Shown here: positions 50,547 through 59,121 of the stretch, one piece after another
Position numbering within the stretch: the stretch's first letter is position 1
How the letters are laid out: every line of letters starts with the position of its first letter
NCBI GenBank assembly: GCA_003645455.1
Contig: QNFE01000001.1
Coordinates: 10,359 to 74,358, forward strand
Direction: 5' to 3'
Length of the DNA: 64,000 nucleotides
Source: Gammaproteobacteria bacterium
Lineage (GTDB): Bacteria; Pseudomonadota; Gammaproteobacteria; QNFE01
Notes under the pieces: model-generated
What the model saw: the letters and a program-made list of their open reading frames with translations, nothing else
The model's database searches: none
What the model was told of the DNA's origin: nothing
Made by a program: the position numbers and the translations under genes

Positions 50547-50596
50547 CAATTCGCTGGCTATTTTTTTATTTTTACATAGTTTTTTAGAGAATTAAA

Positions 50597-51310
50597 ATGA
50601 ATGATATAAAATTTTCAATTTACCGCTTTAATCCTGATTTTGATAAAAAACCATATAATCAAGATTACACTCTTAAAAAAGAAATTTTAAAATCTGATAT
50701 GAAATTATTAGATGCTTTGAAAATAATCCAGCAAGAAGACCCCACACTTGCCTATCGTAAATCCTGTGGTGAGGGAGTATGTGGCTCAGATGGGATGAAT
50801 GTCAATGGCACAAATCGTTTGGCTTGCATTACCCCACTATCCGAACTTGGCAACAAAATAAGCCTAAAACCACTGCCTGGATTACCTGTTATTCGTGATT
50901 TAATCATCGATTTAACTCAATTTATGGATAATTATAAAGCCGTCAAACCCTATCTTATCCGAAAAACAAAAGTAGCAAAAACAGAAATTTTACAAACACC
51001 TGCACAAAGAGACAAATTAGACGGACTTTACGAGTGCATATTGTGTGCCTGTTGTAGCACCTCATGTCCTAGTTTTTGGTGGAATCCAGATAAATTCTTA
51101 GGGCCTGCGGCTTTATTACAATCTGCACGATTTATAATGGATTCCCGAGATGAGGCAAAAGATGAGCGATTAAAAGACTTAGACGATGCTTACAAACTAT
51201 TCAGATGCCACACAATAATGAACTGCCAAATCTGCCCCAAAGATCTCAATCCCACGAAAGCCATCAGTGATATCAAAAAAGAGATGTTAAAAAATAATTG
51301 CAATAAATGA
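50597..51310 (+). CDS. sdhB: Succinate dehydrogenase iron-sulfur subunit
   Basis: Three Fe-S cluster cysteine motifs (CGEGVCGSDG, CILCACCSTSC, CHTIMNCQICP). 237 aa. Confidence 0.92.
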   Translation: MNDIKFSIYRFNPDFDKKPYNQDYTLKKEILKSDMKLLDALKIIQQEDPTLAYRKSCGEGVCGSDGMNVNGTNRLACITPLSELGNKISLKPLPGLPVIRDLIIDLTQFMDNYKAVKPYLIRKTKVAKTEILQTPAQRDKLDGLYECILCACCSTSCPSFWWNPDKFLGPAALLQSARFIMDSRDEAKDERLKDLDDAYKLFRCHTIMNCQICPKDLNPTKAISDIKKEMLKNNCNK

Positions 51311-51414
51311 AAATTTTGTGTATCAGTTTTAAGCAATCTAATGATGGAAACAAGTTAAATAGAAAGATTCTTGTAGAGGATATATTAGAAAAATAAAAAA
51401 AACAAAAAATTGAT

Positions 51415-52056
51415 GTGGTGCTTTTACCTGGAAATGTTGTAAAAGAATTTAGGTTAAAAAAAGATGAAGAGTGGGCTTCTAATATTGCCAATAAATACAA
51501 TATAAAAATTATTTATGAGAAATATTCAATAAAAAAAGGAGATAAGAACAAAGGGAATCACTATGCACTTTATGCCAAATCTGGCAATCAAAATACAGGT
51601 GAGCAAAAATTTGCTACATCAACAGAAGTTAATAATGATAGCGATTTATACAAATCTTTGGCTGATGAAATAAATAAAGGCGACAGAACAATTAGTTTAA
51701 AACATGTAGAAATTGGAGTTCTTATTTGTGGTGAAAACAATATATTGGTAAACAAGCAAGCCAAACAAAATAAAGTAAAATGGCGATACGAGCAACCAAA
51801 AATAAACTGGAATCCCAAAATAATCATTAACCCATCGCACAATTCAATGGGAAATTGGAATAAATTAAATAAACGATTTGAGTTTTTAAGCAAAAAATTT
51901 GAATATGTTATTTATCTTACAAACTCATCACACAAAACCTTTGGCAAAAGCAGCCTGAGAGTGTATAAAAAAGGAGTAGAAATTAAAAATGGAGAAAAAC
52001 CTGATTTCAAAACAAATGACAATAAAGCTATTGGCTGTATAGTGGAAATTATATAG
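51415..52056 (+). CDS. Hypothetical protein; likely remnant of a longer ORF (51307-52056) interrupted by an in-frame TAA
   Basis: An ATG at 51307 overlaps the sdhB stop as ATGA and is in the same frame. A TAA at 51394-51396 lies inside an A-rich tract (gaaaaaTAAaaaaaac). I see faint carbon-nitrogen-hydrolase-like motifs (IDVVLLPG, GVLICGEN) but cannot confirm them. Confidence 0.35.
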   Translation: MVLLPGNVVKEFRLKKDEEWASNIANKYNIKIIYEKYSIKKGDKNKGNHYALYAKSGNQNTGEQKFATSTEVNNDSDLYKSLADEINKGDRTISLKHVEIGVLICGENNILVNKQAKQNKVKWRYEQPKINWNPKIIINPSHNSMGNWNKLNKRFEFLSKKFEYVIYLTNSSHKTFGKSSLRVYKKGVEIKNGEKPDFKTNDNKAIGCIVEII

Positions 52057-52124
52057 TTGCAAAAAAATATCTCAAAAATTAAAAATGTTGCAAAATAGAA
52101 TTTAATTATTATATAATATGTTTT

Positions 52125-52376
52125 ATGAGTGACCTGAACAAGGTATTAAGCCAAATGAAAACTAATGCAAAAGGTGTTAGGTTTTCTGATATTCAAAAAG
52201 TTTGCAAACATTATTTTGGCAAACCCAGACAAGGCAGCAGCAGTCATTGTATTTATAAAACACCTTGGATTGGTAATCCGCGAATAAACATACAAAACAA
52301 TAAGGGGAAGGCAAAACCTTATCAAGTAAAGCAGGTTTTAATTGCAATTAACAAATTAGAGGCATACAATGAATAA
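52125..52376 (+). CDS. hicA: HicA-family mRNA interferase toxin
   Basis: 83 aa. The 'GSSSHCIYKTPW...KAKPYQVKQVL' core matches the HicA/YcfA fold. Confidence 0.7.
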   Translation: MSDLNKVLSQMKTNAKGVRFSDIQKVCKHYFGKPRQGSSSHCIYKTPWIGNPRINIQNNKGKAKPYQVKQVLIAINKLEAYNE

Positions 52377-52863
52377 TCAAGTTGATAAATATACATACAG
52401 AGTAATATGGTCGGAGGAAGATCAGGAGCATATAGGGCTTTGTGCTGAGTTCCCAAGCCTAAGTTGGTTGTCCGAGTCACCACAAAAAGCATTAGAAGGC
52501 ATCACAGATGTTGTAAAAAAGTGCATAGAAGATATGCAACAACACAACGAAAGCATTCCGCAACCAATCGCATACAAAAAATATAGTGGAAAATTTAATG
52601 TGAGACCTTTGCATAATTCAAGTGCTGTTTAGAGAGGACAGAAAATAGTGCATTTTTATAGCAAAAATGAGGAATATGGTAATTCCCTTTGACGAATTTT
52701 TGCTATGAAAAGGTGCATTTTATGTGTTTTATAAATTGTGCTTGAATTATGCAAAGGTCTCAATGTAAGTGTGCCACCAGAGGTTCACAGAAGCCTTTGT
52801 ATCCAGGCCGCTGAATCAGGAGTAAATTTTAACTCAATGGCGAGCGCTAAATTATCCCTGTAA
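52369..52863 (+). pseudogene. hicB: HicB-family antitoxin split by a 160 bp MITE-like insertion
   Basis: The N-terminal HicB domain (YTYRVIWSEEDQEHIGLCAEFPSLSWL) ends 8 codons into the MITE's left end, with the premature stop at 52630-52632. The C-terminal RHH region (PEVHRSLCIQAAESGVNFNSMASAKLSL, stop at 52861) resumes in frame immediately after the insertion. Confidence 0.7.
52602..52761. mobile_element. MITE-like element (160 bp) with 21 bp terminal inverted repeats and a 5 bp target-site duplication
   Basis: Terminal inverted repeats 'gagacctttgcataattcaag' and 'cttgaattatgcaaaggtctc'. The flanking 'aatgt' is duplicated (52597-52601 and 52762-52766). A nested internal palindrome is present (atagcaaaaat...atttttgctat). 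No transposase gene is in the window. Confidence 0.7.
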
Positions 52864-52935
52864 GAATAAAAATTCAAAAAAAACAAAAATATCTGTTGTT
52901 GTTTCTGGCTAAACTGAACCCTACTCCCAAAAAGT

Positions 52936-52963
52936 CTTGACTTTTATGGAATAGAGGTTATAA
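52936..52963 (+). promoter_or_regulatory. Putative sigma70 promoter for the DUF4143 ATPase gene
   Basis: -35 TTGACT at 52936-52941, a 16 bp spacer, and -10 TATAAT at 52958-52963. The ATG at 52972 would make the transcript nearly leaderless. Confidence 0.4.
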
Positions 52964-52971
52964 TAGTCGGC

Positions 52972-54111
52972 ATGAAAAGATCTTTAATTCCATCAATTCA
53001 ACAAGACTTAAAGCAAAAAATGGTTTTGCTTACAGGTCCGAGGCAAGTTGGTAAAACCTATCTATCAAAAGATATTATAGCCGATTATGATTATTTTAAT
53101 TATGACTATGGCGATGACAGGCAAGCTATGGCTGATATGGCTTGGAACAGAAAATCCGCACTTATTATTTTTGATGAACTTCATAAAAAACCTAATTGGA
53201 AAAATTGGTTAAAAGGCATTTATGATGTTGAGGGGATTCCACCTGCTATTTTGGTGACAGGTAGTGTCAGATTAAATACCTATCTTAAAGCATCCGAGTC
53301 TCTCGCCGGTAGATTTTTTCAAATAAGACTGCATCCTCTGGATTTAAAAGAGTTATATCACAAAGATAAAACTATTGATTTGACAAAAACATTTGATAGT
53401 TTGTTGCAATTTGGTGGTTTCCCAGAGCCTTTTTTGAAAAAATCTGTTAAATATTATAATCGCTGGAAGCAGTCGCACTTGGATGTAATTATTCGCCAAG
53501 ATTTAATTCAAATTGAACAGGTTCGCCAAATAACTAAAATTGAAAACCTTATCCAACTTTTACGAACAAGAGTAGGTAGCACAATATCATATCAAAACCT
53601 GTCGCAAGATTTAATGTGCTCTAACAAAACGGTTAAAAACTGGTTAGAGATTTTAGAAAATATGTTTGTTGTTTTTAAGGTTTTGCCCTATAACAAAAAA
53701 ATAAACCGCAGTTTAAAAAAAGCCCCCAAATATTATTTTTATGATACAGGGCAGGTGATGGACGATAAAAATAAAGGTGCAAAATTTGAAAATCTGGTCG
53801 CCTGTGCTTTTAAAAAAGAAATTGACCACCAAAAAGACTGCCAAGGAGAGAATTATAAATTAAATTTTTTACGCACCAAAGATGGCAAAGAGGTTGATTT
53901 TTTAATCTGCCAGGACGACAAACCGATTACAATGATTGAGGCAAAATATAGCGATGATAAAATCCACAAACATTTTGATTATTTTGATAAACAATTACCA
54001 AATATAGAAAAAATTCAACTAATTGCCAAAGACTTAAAACGAGAAAAAACCTATGCAAACAATCTATCAATCACGGATGCAACAAGCTATCTTGCGAGAT
54101 TAAGTTTTTAA
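52972..54111 (+). CDS. AAA-family ATPase with DUF4143 domain
   Basis: Walker A motif (LTGPRQVGKTYL) and a Walker B-like motif (LIIFDELH). 379 aa, AAA_14 plus DUF4143 architecture. Confidence 0.65.
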   Translation: MKRSLIPSIQQDLKQKMVLLTGPRQVGKTYLSKDIIADYDYFNYDYGDDRQAMADMAWNRKSALIIFDELHKKPNWKNWLKGIYDVEGIPPAILVTGSVRLNTYLKASESLAGRFFQIRLHPLDLKELYHKDKTIDLTKTFDSLLQFGGFPEPFLKKSVKYYNRWKQSHLDVIIRQDLIQIEQVRQITKIENLIQLLRTRVGSTISYQNLSQDLMCSNKTVKNWLEILENMFVVFKVLPYNKKINRSLKKAPKYYFYDTGQVMDDKNKGAKFENLVACAFKKEIDHQKDCQGENYKLNFLRTKDGKEVDFLICQDDKPITMIEAKYSDDKIHKHFDYFDKQLPNIEKIQLIAKDLKREKTYANNLSITDATSYLARLSF

Positions 54112-54163
54112 TTATCAATTTTTAACTTTCAACTATAAGCTCTTACAAAACTTTTTATTGTTC

Positions 54164-54604
54164 TTATCGGCTTTTAATTTCATCAATAGCGAGTTTGGTG
54201 AATTTTATTTGTTGCCAAAATTTATTCATAATTTCATCAAACATTATTTTTGTTTGTTCTGGCAGGTAATCATGAACCATTTTGTTTCTAATTGTTCGCA
54301 TTTGAATCCAAGTCTCTGCACTCTCTACAATAGATAATTTTTCCATTGTATTGATTAAATCACGATACGAAAGAGTTGGAGTTGCATTTTTATAAATATC
54401 GTAGGTTTTGAAATATTTTATAAAAATCTCAACACAACGGATAAATCTATCTGCCAAGGCATCATATGGCTCTAACTCATCGTAGGAATAGTCATAATCT
54501 GCTTTATAGGGTTCTAATTTTTTAATTGAAGCCTGCACGAGGTTATATACCCGATTAACCTTATTTTTTGAATCTGTTAGCAAAACTTCAAAATTATCAG
54601 TCAT
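54164..54604 (-). CDS. hepT: HepT-family toxin (nucleotidyltransferase substrate-binding, HI0074-like)
   Basis: Rx4HxY motif (RNKMVHDY). 146 aa. Overlaps the upstream mntA by 4 bp. Confidence 0.65.
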   Translation of the reverse strand: MTDNFEVLLTDSKNKVNRVYNLVQASIKKLEPYKADYDYSYDELEPYDALADRFIRCVEIFIKYFKTYDIYKNATPTLSYRDLINTMEKLSIVESAETWIQMRTIRNKMVHDYLPEQTKIMFDEIMNKFWQQIKFTKLAIDEIKSR

Positions 54605-54885
54605 TTAATTTTTACCAGAGAAAGGGTTTTAACGAATGCTTTTTGTTGGGCTGTCATATTATTTTTATCAAAAATTATTACATCTAATTTAGCCTCTAAG
54701 TCATTATAAAATTGAGTGCTTATCTGGGTTGATAATTTAAACGGATCTTGTTTAGAGTAAATTAAAATATCAATATCTCCGCCTTTTTTATTATCATCCG
54801 CTCTGCTACCAAAAAGATAAACCTCATCATTTATATTTTCTAATGCTTTATTTAAGGCATTTTTTTCATCTTTGTATAATCTCAT
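54601..54885 (-). CDS. mntA: MntA-family minimal nucleotidyltransferase antitoxin
   Basis: GS-x9-13-DxD motif (LFGSRADDNKKGGDIDIL). 94 aa. Confidence 0.65.
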   Translation of the reverse strand: MRLYKDEKNALNKALENINDEVYLFGSRADDNKKGGDIDILIYSKQDPFKLSTQISTQFYNDLEAKLDVIIFDKNNMTAQQKAFVKTLSLVKIK

Positions 54886-54942
54886 ATTGGAAAATAATAC
54901 AACAAAAATAAAATTAAAACCGACATTTTTTGCAAAGATGTC

Positions 54943-55950
54943 TCAAACAATCAAACAGGCATCGCCATAACTGAAAAATTTATATTTTTTTGTTATGGCA
55001 TAATCATAAGCTTTTAAAATTAAATCACGGTTGGCAAAGGCTGATACTAACATTAAAAGGGTGGATTGCGGTAGATGAAAATTGGTAATTAGGGCATCGG
55101 TAATTTGAAATTTAAAACCTGGGCTTATAAAAATATCGCTCTCGCCATTATATTGAGATATTTTATTATTTTTTGCTACGGTCTCCAAAGCACGCACGAC
55201 CGTTGTGCCAACACATATTACTCTGCCGTTTTCTCTCTTACAATTGTTGATTATATCCGCTGTTGATTGATTGATTGAAAATCTCTCGCTGTGCATTTTA
55301 TGATCTTTGATGTCATCAACTCGCATCGGTAAAAAAGTGCCAGATCCGATATGCAGGGTTATTTTGGCAATTTTTACCCCCATCTTTTTTATTTTTTCTA
55401 ATATTTGATTATCAAAATGAAGCCCTGCGGTGGGGGCTGCCACTGCTCCTTCGTTTTTGGCGAATACGGTTTGATATTTGTTTTTATCTGTGATATTATC
55501 ATCTCGTTTTATATAGGGTGGTAGTGGCATATGACCGAATTTGTGAAATATATCAAGGCAATTATGACACTCTGCCACAAAAAATTCATCAATTTTTTGG
55601 CGAATTTTTATCTCTATATCGTGCGAGATTAGAGTTGAATTTATTTTAATTTTTTTGCTACCTGAGATATGACATAAAAAAGTTTTATCGGTTAATATCC
55701 TCTCCAAAAGTATCTCAACCTTGCCGCCTGTTTTTTTGTAAACGAAGAGGCGAGCAGGAATTACTTTGGTATCATTTAAAACTAAAACATCATCTTTTTT
55801 TAAATATGATAAAATATCCGTAAAACATCTATCATCTGTTTTATTGTTATGGCGATTTATAACTAACATTTTGCAAGAAGTTCTTGACAGAGGCGGTGTT
55901 TGGGCGATTAGATTATCTGGTAAATTATAATCAAAGTCTTGTTTTAGCAT
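54943..55950 (-). CDS. queA: S-adenosylmethionine:tRNA ribosyltransferase-isomerase
   Basis: The N-terminus (LPDNLIAQTP) and the motifs 'VIPARLF', 'GGKVEIL' and 'HMPLPPYI' match QueA. 335 aa. Confidence 0.88.
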   Translation of the reverse strand: MLKQDFDYNLPDNLIAQTPPLSRTSCKMLVINRHNNKTDDRCFTDILSYLKKDDVLVLNDTKVIPARLFVYKKTGGKVEILLERILTDKTFLCHISGSKKIKINSTLISHDIEIKIRQKIDEFFVAECHNCLDIFHKFGHMPLPPYIKRDDNITDKNKYQTVFAKNEGAVAAPTAGLHFDNQILEKIKKMGVKIAKITLHIGSGTFLPMRVDDIKDHKMHSERFSINQSTADIINNCKRENGRVICVGTTVVRALETVAKNNKISQYNGESDIFISPGFKFQITDALITNFHLPQSTLLMLVSAFANRDLILKAYDYAITKKYKFFSYGDACLIV

Positions 55951-55981
55951 ATTTTAATCAAAACAAATATTTTAACCTTTT

Positions 55982-56527
55982 ATGAAAAATAAAAAACCAA
56001 TAATTTTTAATAAAAAAACTCTTTTTAAGTCTAAACTATTTAATATCCAAAGTATGGATTTGAAATTTAGCAATGGGCAGATGCGAGAATATGAGAGATT
56101 ACAAGCCACAGGATCAGGTGCGGTTTTGATTGTGCCGATGTTAGATGACAAAACTTTTTTGTTAATCCGTGAATATTCCTGTGGCACAGACAGATATGAG
56201 ATAGCATTCCCCAAAGGTAAGATTGAAAATAATGAAAGTTATGAAGATGCCACGATACGAGAGTTACAAGAAGAGGTAGGGTTTTATCCGCATAAAATTA
56301 TTAAACTTAAAAATATGAGTATTGCCCCTGGATACTTATCACATATTACAACCATAGTTTTGGCACAAGATTTAACCAGGAGTAAATTAACAGGAGACGA
56401 GCCAGAACCTTTGGATGTTATGCCTTGCACTGCAACAGATATAAAAAAATTACTTAAAAAAGATGAATTTAGTGAGGCACGATCCATCGCCGCTTTTTAT
56501 TTGGCACAAGAGTTTTTAAAGAGATGA
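55982..56527 (+). CDS. NUDIX hydrolase (ADP-ribose pyrophosphatase-like)
   Basis: Nudix box (GKIENNESYEDATIRELQEEVGF). Confidence 0.7.
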   Translation: MKNKKPIIFNKKTLFKSKLFNIQSMDLKFSNGQMREYERLQATGSGAVLIVPMLDDKTFLLIREYSCGTDRYEIAFPKGKIENNESYEDATIRELQEEVGFYPHKIIKLKNMSIAPGYLSHITTIVLAQDLTRSKLTGDEPEPLDVMPCTATDIKKLLKKDEFSEARSIAAFYLAQEFLKR

Positions 56528-56530
56528 AAA

Positions 56531-58291
56531 ATGTTTTTTGAAAAATTATTTATCCAAGACTTAACCGATAAAATTAACATTGTTGATGTTGTCGGAGCAC
56601 GAGTAAAATTAAAAAAAACCGGCGGTAATTTCAGTGGACTTTGTCCGTTTCATAATGAAAAAACCCCATCTTTTTCTGTCAATATTGCCAAAGGGTTTTA
56701 TCATTGTTTTGGTTGTGGCGCATCAGGCTCTGTCATAAGTTTTGTCATGCAATATGAAAACCTACCGTTTGTTGAGGCAGTGCAATCATTATGCCAGCGG
56801 TTTGGTATCGCCTTGCCTGAGCAAAATATTCAATCCCAAGAAAAAAGTGCCAAAAATCAATTAGAATATCAAAGGTTAACCCGCGTGATGCAAAAAGCTA
56901 ATGATTTTTATTGTGAGGAGCTTAAAAAATCAACCATCGCACAGGATTATTTAATCCAAAGAAAGTTATCACCTGCGGTAATTGAAAAATACAAAATAGG
57001 TTATGCACCGAATAGTTGGCAAAATTTTAATAATCAAAATATATCAGGGGCAGATTTGCTTAACACAGGTTTGCAAAAACAAAACGAGAAGGGCAAAATT
57101 TATGATAGATTGCGAGATCGGATAACCTATCCTATTTTTAATAATCGTGGAACAATTATAGGTTTTGGTGCTCGTGCAATATCTGATGATAATAAACCAA
57201 AATATCTGAACTCTCCGCAGACTAAATTATTTGATAAATCATATGAATTATACGGTATGTATCAAATTTTAAATTCAAAAAATAAGTTTGATAGTATAAT
57301 TCTTACCGAAGGTTATATGGATGTCATATCCTTGTCGCAACACGGTTTTGAAAATGCTGTATCAGCCTCTGGCACCGCAATATCCGCCCATCAGATTCAA
57401 AGCCTGCATAGATTTTGTGATATTATTATTGTGTGTCTCGATTCAGATCAGGCGGGGATAAATGCTGCTTTAAAAATAACCTATATAGCTTTGCCACTGT
57501 TAAAAGAAAACAAACAAATCAAATTCATCACCTTGCCTGCAGGAGACGACCCTGATGATTATATTCAAAATAATGGAGCAGAAAAATTTAATATTTTAAT
57601 AGAAAACAGTAAAAGTATCGAGATTTTTTTATTAGAGCATATAAAAAATCAATATCAAACAGATGATATAGCAGGCAAGAATGCTACCATCAACGAAGTT
57701 TATAAAATCATCAATTTGATTCAAGATGAAAGTTATAAAAAAATATTTACCGAGTTTTTTAGCCGAGAGCTTGGGGTAAATATATCGGATATTCAAAGCC
57801 AATCAACACTACAACCAAAAAATGCCACCGAAAAATTGACAATGACTCCAATTCGTAAAATGTTATCTTTGTTGATTCAAAACCCTGAATTTTCTCAAGA
57901 TTTATTATCTAACCCTGATGTTTTTAAGAATAATATCAAAGGCATGGAGGTTTTAAAAACAATTATGGATGATGTTATAAAATTCAACCTTACAACTGTT
58001 GCCTCTCTCGACGAACATCTAAAAGAATATTCTTTTTATGATTATTTAAAAAAACTACTTATGAGTTATGATTATTTTAAACAAACAAACTTAGGAAATA
58101 ATGCGGATAAAGACACTCAACATAAGATTTTTATGAATTTAACAGATTCTTTTATAAAGCCACAATTAAGAAATGAGAGACAAAAACTTAATAATATCTG
58201 GCAAGAAACTGACAGCCTAACCCCAGAGCAAAAAAATAGATTAGATGAGATTAACAAAAAACTAAAAACCAAAAACCATGCAGAAAATTAA
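56531..58291 (+). CDS. dnaG: DNA primase
   Basis: Zinc-binding domain (CPFHNEKTPSFSV...YHCFGCG) and a TOPRIM domain (LTEGYMDVISL...DSDQAG). 586 aa. Confidence 0.9.
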   Translation: MFFEKLFIQDLTDKINIVDVVGARVKLKKTGGNFSGLCPFHNEKTPSFSVNIAKGFYHCFGCGASGSVISFVMQYENLPFVEAVQSLCQRFGIALPEQNIQSQEKSAKNQLEYQRLTRVMQKANDFYCEELKKSTIAQDYLIQRKLSPAVIEKYKIGYAPNSWQNFNNQNISGADLLNTGLQKQNEKGKIYDRLRDRITYPIFNNRGTIIGFGARAISDDNKPKYLNSPQTKLFDKSYELYGMYQILNSKNKFDSIILTEGYMDVISLSQHGFENAVSASGTAISAHQIQSLHRFCDIIIVCLDSDQAGINAALKITYIALPLLKENKQIKFITLPAGDDPDDYIQNNGAEKFNILIENSKSIEIFLLEHIKNQYQTDDIAGKNATINEVYKIINLIQDESYKKIFTEFFSRELGVNISDIQSQSTLQPKNATEKLTMTPIRKMLSLLIQNPEFSQDLLSNPDVFKNNIKGMEVLKTIMDDVIKFNLTTVASLDEHLKEYSFYDYLKKLLMSYDYFKQTNLGNNADKDTQHKIFMNLTDSFIKPQLRNERQKLNNIWQETDSLTPEQKNRLDEINKKLKTKNHAEN

Positions 58292-58389
58292 ATCATAACA
58301 GATGAAAGTATCGTAATAACATAAAGTTCGTTACTGCTACAAAAGTCTCAATATATTTATTTTATTTTTATCAATTTTATGAGTTAAGT

Positions 58390-59121
58390 CTAAAAATTCT
58401 TGTTAATTTTATGGTTTTTACTCTTTTTCTTGCAGGCGACATTGTTGCGAACATATGATGGGATAGCAAGATGAGAGGGGATAGTTTTATTATTTTTGAA
58501 TAATTTTTCTGCGATTGGCAACATATAGATAACATCTGGCAAAATATTTTTATAACAATTTTGCGGTTTTATTTTTAATTGTTGTTGCAGGATTTTAGCA
58601 TAATCATTCAAAGCATTACCGATTATAAAACTGTTATCAGTTGCTTTTATTTGAGGAATTATTTTATCAGGGTTATCAACTCGCTCGCTTCCTACTATTT
58701 TAATGGTATTGTTTTCAACAATATATTCCGCCCAATATACTTGTTTCATTCTAGCGTCAATTGTGCTTATTATATGGTTGCAATTTTTGTTGTGGTTTGT
58801 TTTTATGACTTGATATGCCATAGTCTCTAATGATGATATGCCAACAATGGGAGCATCTATTGCACATGATAGGCCTTGAATTACAGCGGATGCCATCCGC
58901 ACTCCGGTAAAGCTGCCAGGGCCTCTGCCATAGACTAACAAATCTAAATCAATCATAGATAGATTGTTTTTTTTCAGTAGATTTTCAATTTCTGAAAGGA
59001 TTAAATCACCATGCAGATGAGGTGATGATTTGTGACATAAATTTATACTTGTTATGTTTTTTGCAGCTTGCAAAGCGAGGCTTAAAACTTCGGTTGAGCT
59101 ATCAATTGCCAGTATGTTCAT
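58390..59121 (-). CDS. tsaB: tRNA threonylcarbamoyladenosine biosynthesis protein TsaB
   Basis: N-terminus 'MNILAIDSSTEVLSLAL' (YeaZ/TsaB family), lacking the Kae1 metal-binding residues. 243 aa. Confidence 0.75.
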   Translation of the reverse strand: MNILAIDSSTEVLSLALQAAKNITSINLCHKSSPHLHGDLILSEIENLLKKNNLSMIDLDLLVYGRGPGSFTGVRMASAVIQGLSCAIDAPIVGISSLETMAYQVIKTNHNKNCNHIISTIDARMKQVYWAEYIVENNTIKIVGSERVDNPDKIIPQIKATDNSFIIGNALNDYAKILQQQLKIKPQNCYKNILPDVIYMLPIAEKLFKNNKTIPSHLAIPSYVRNNVACKKKSKNHKINKNF

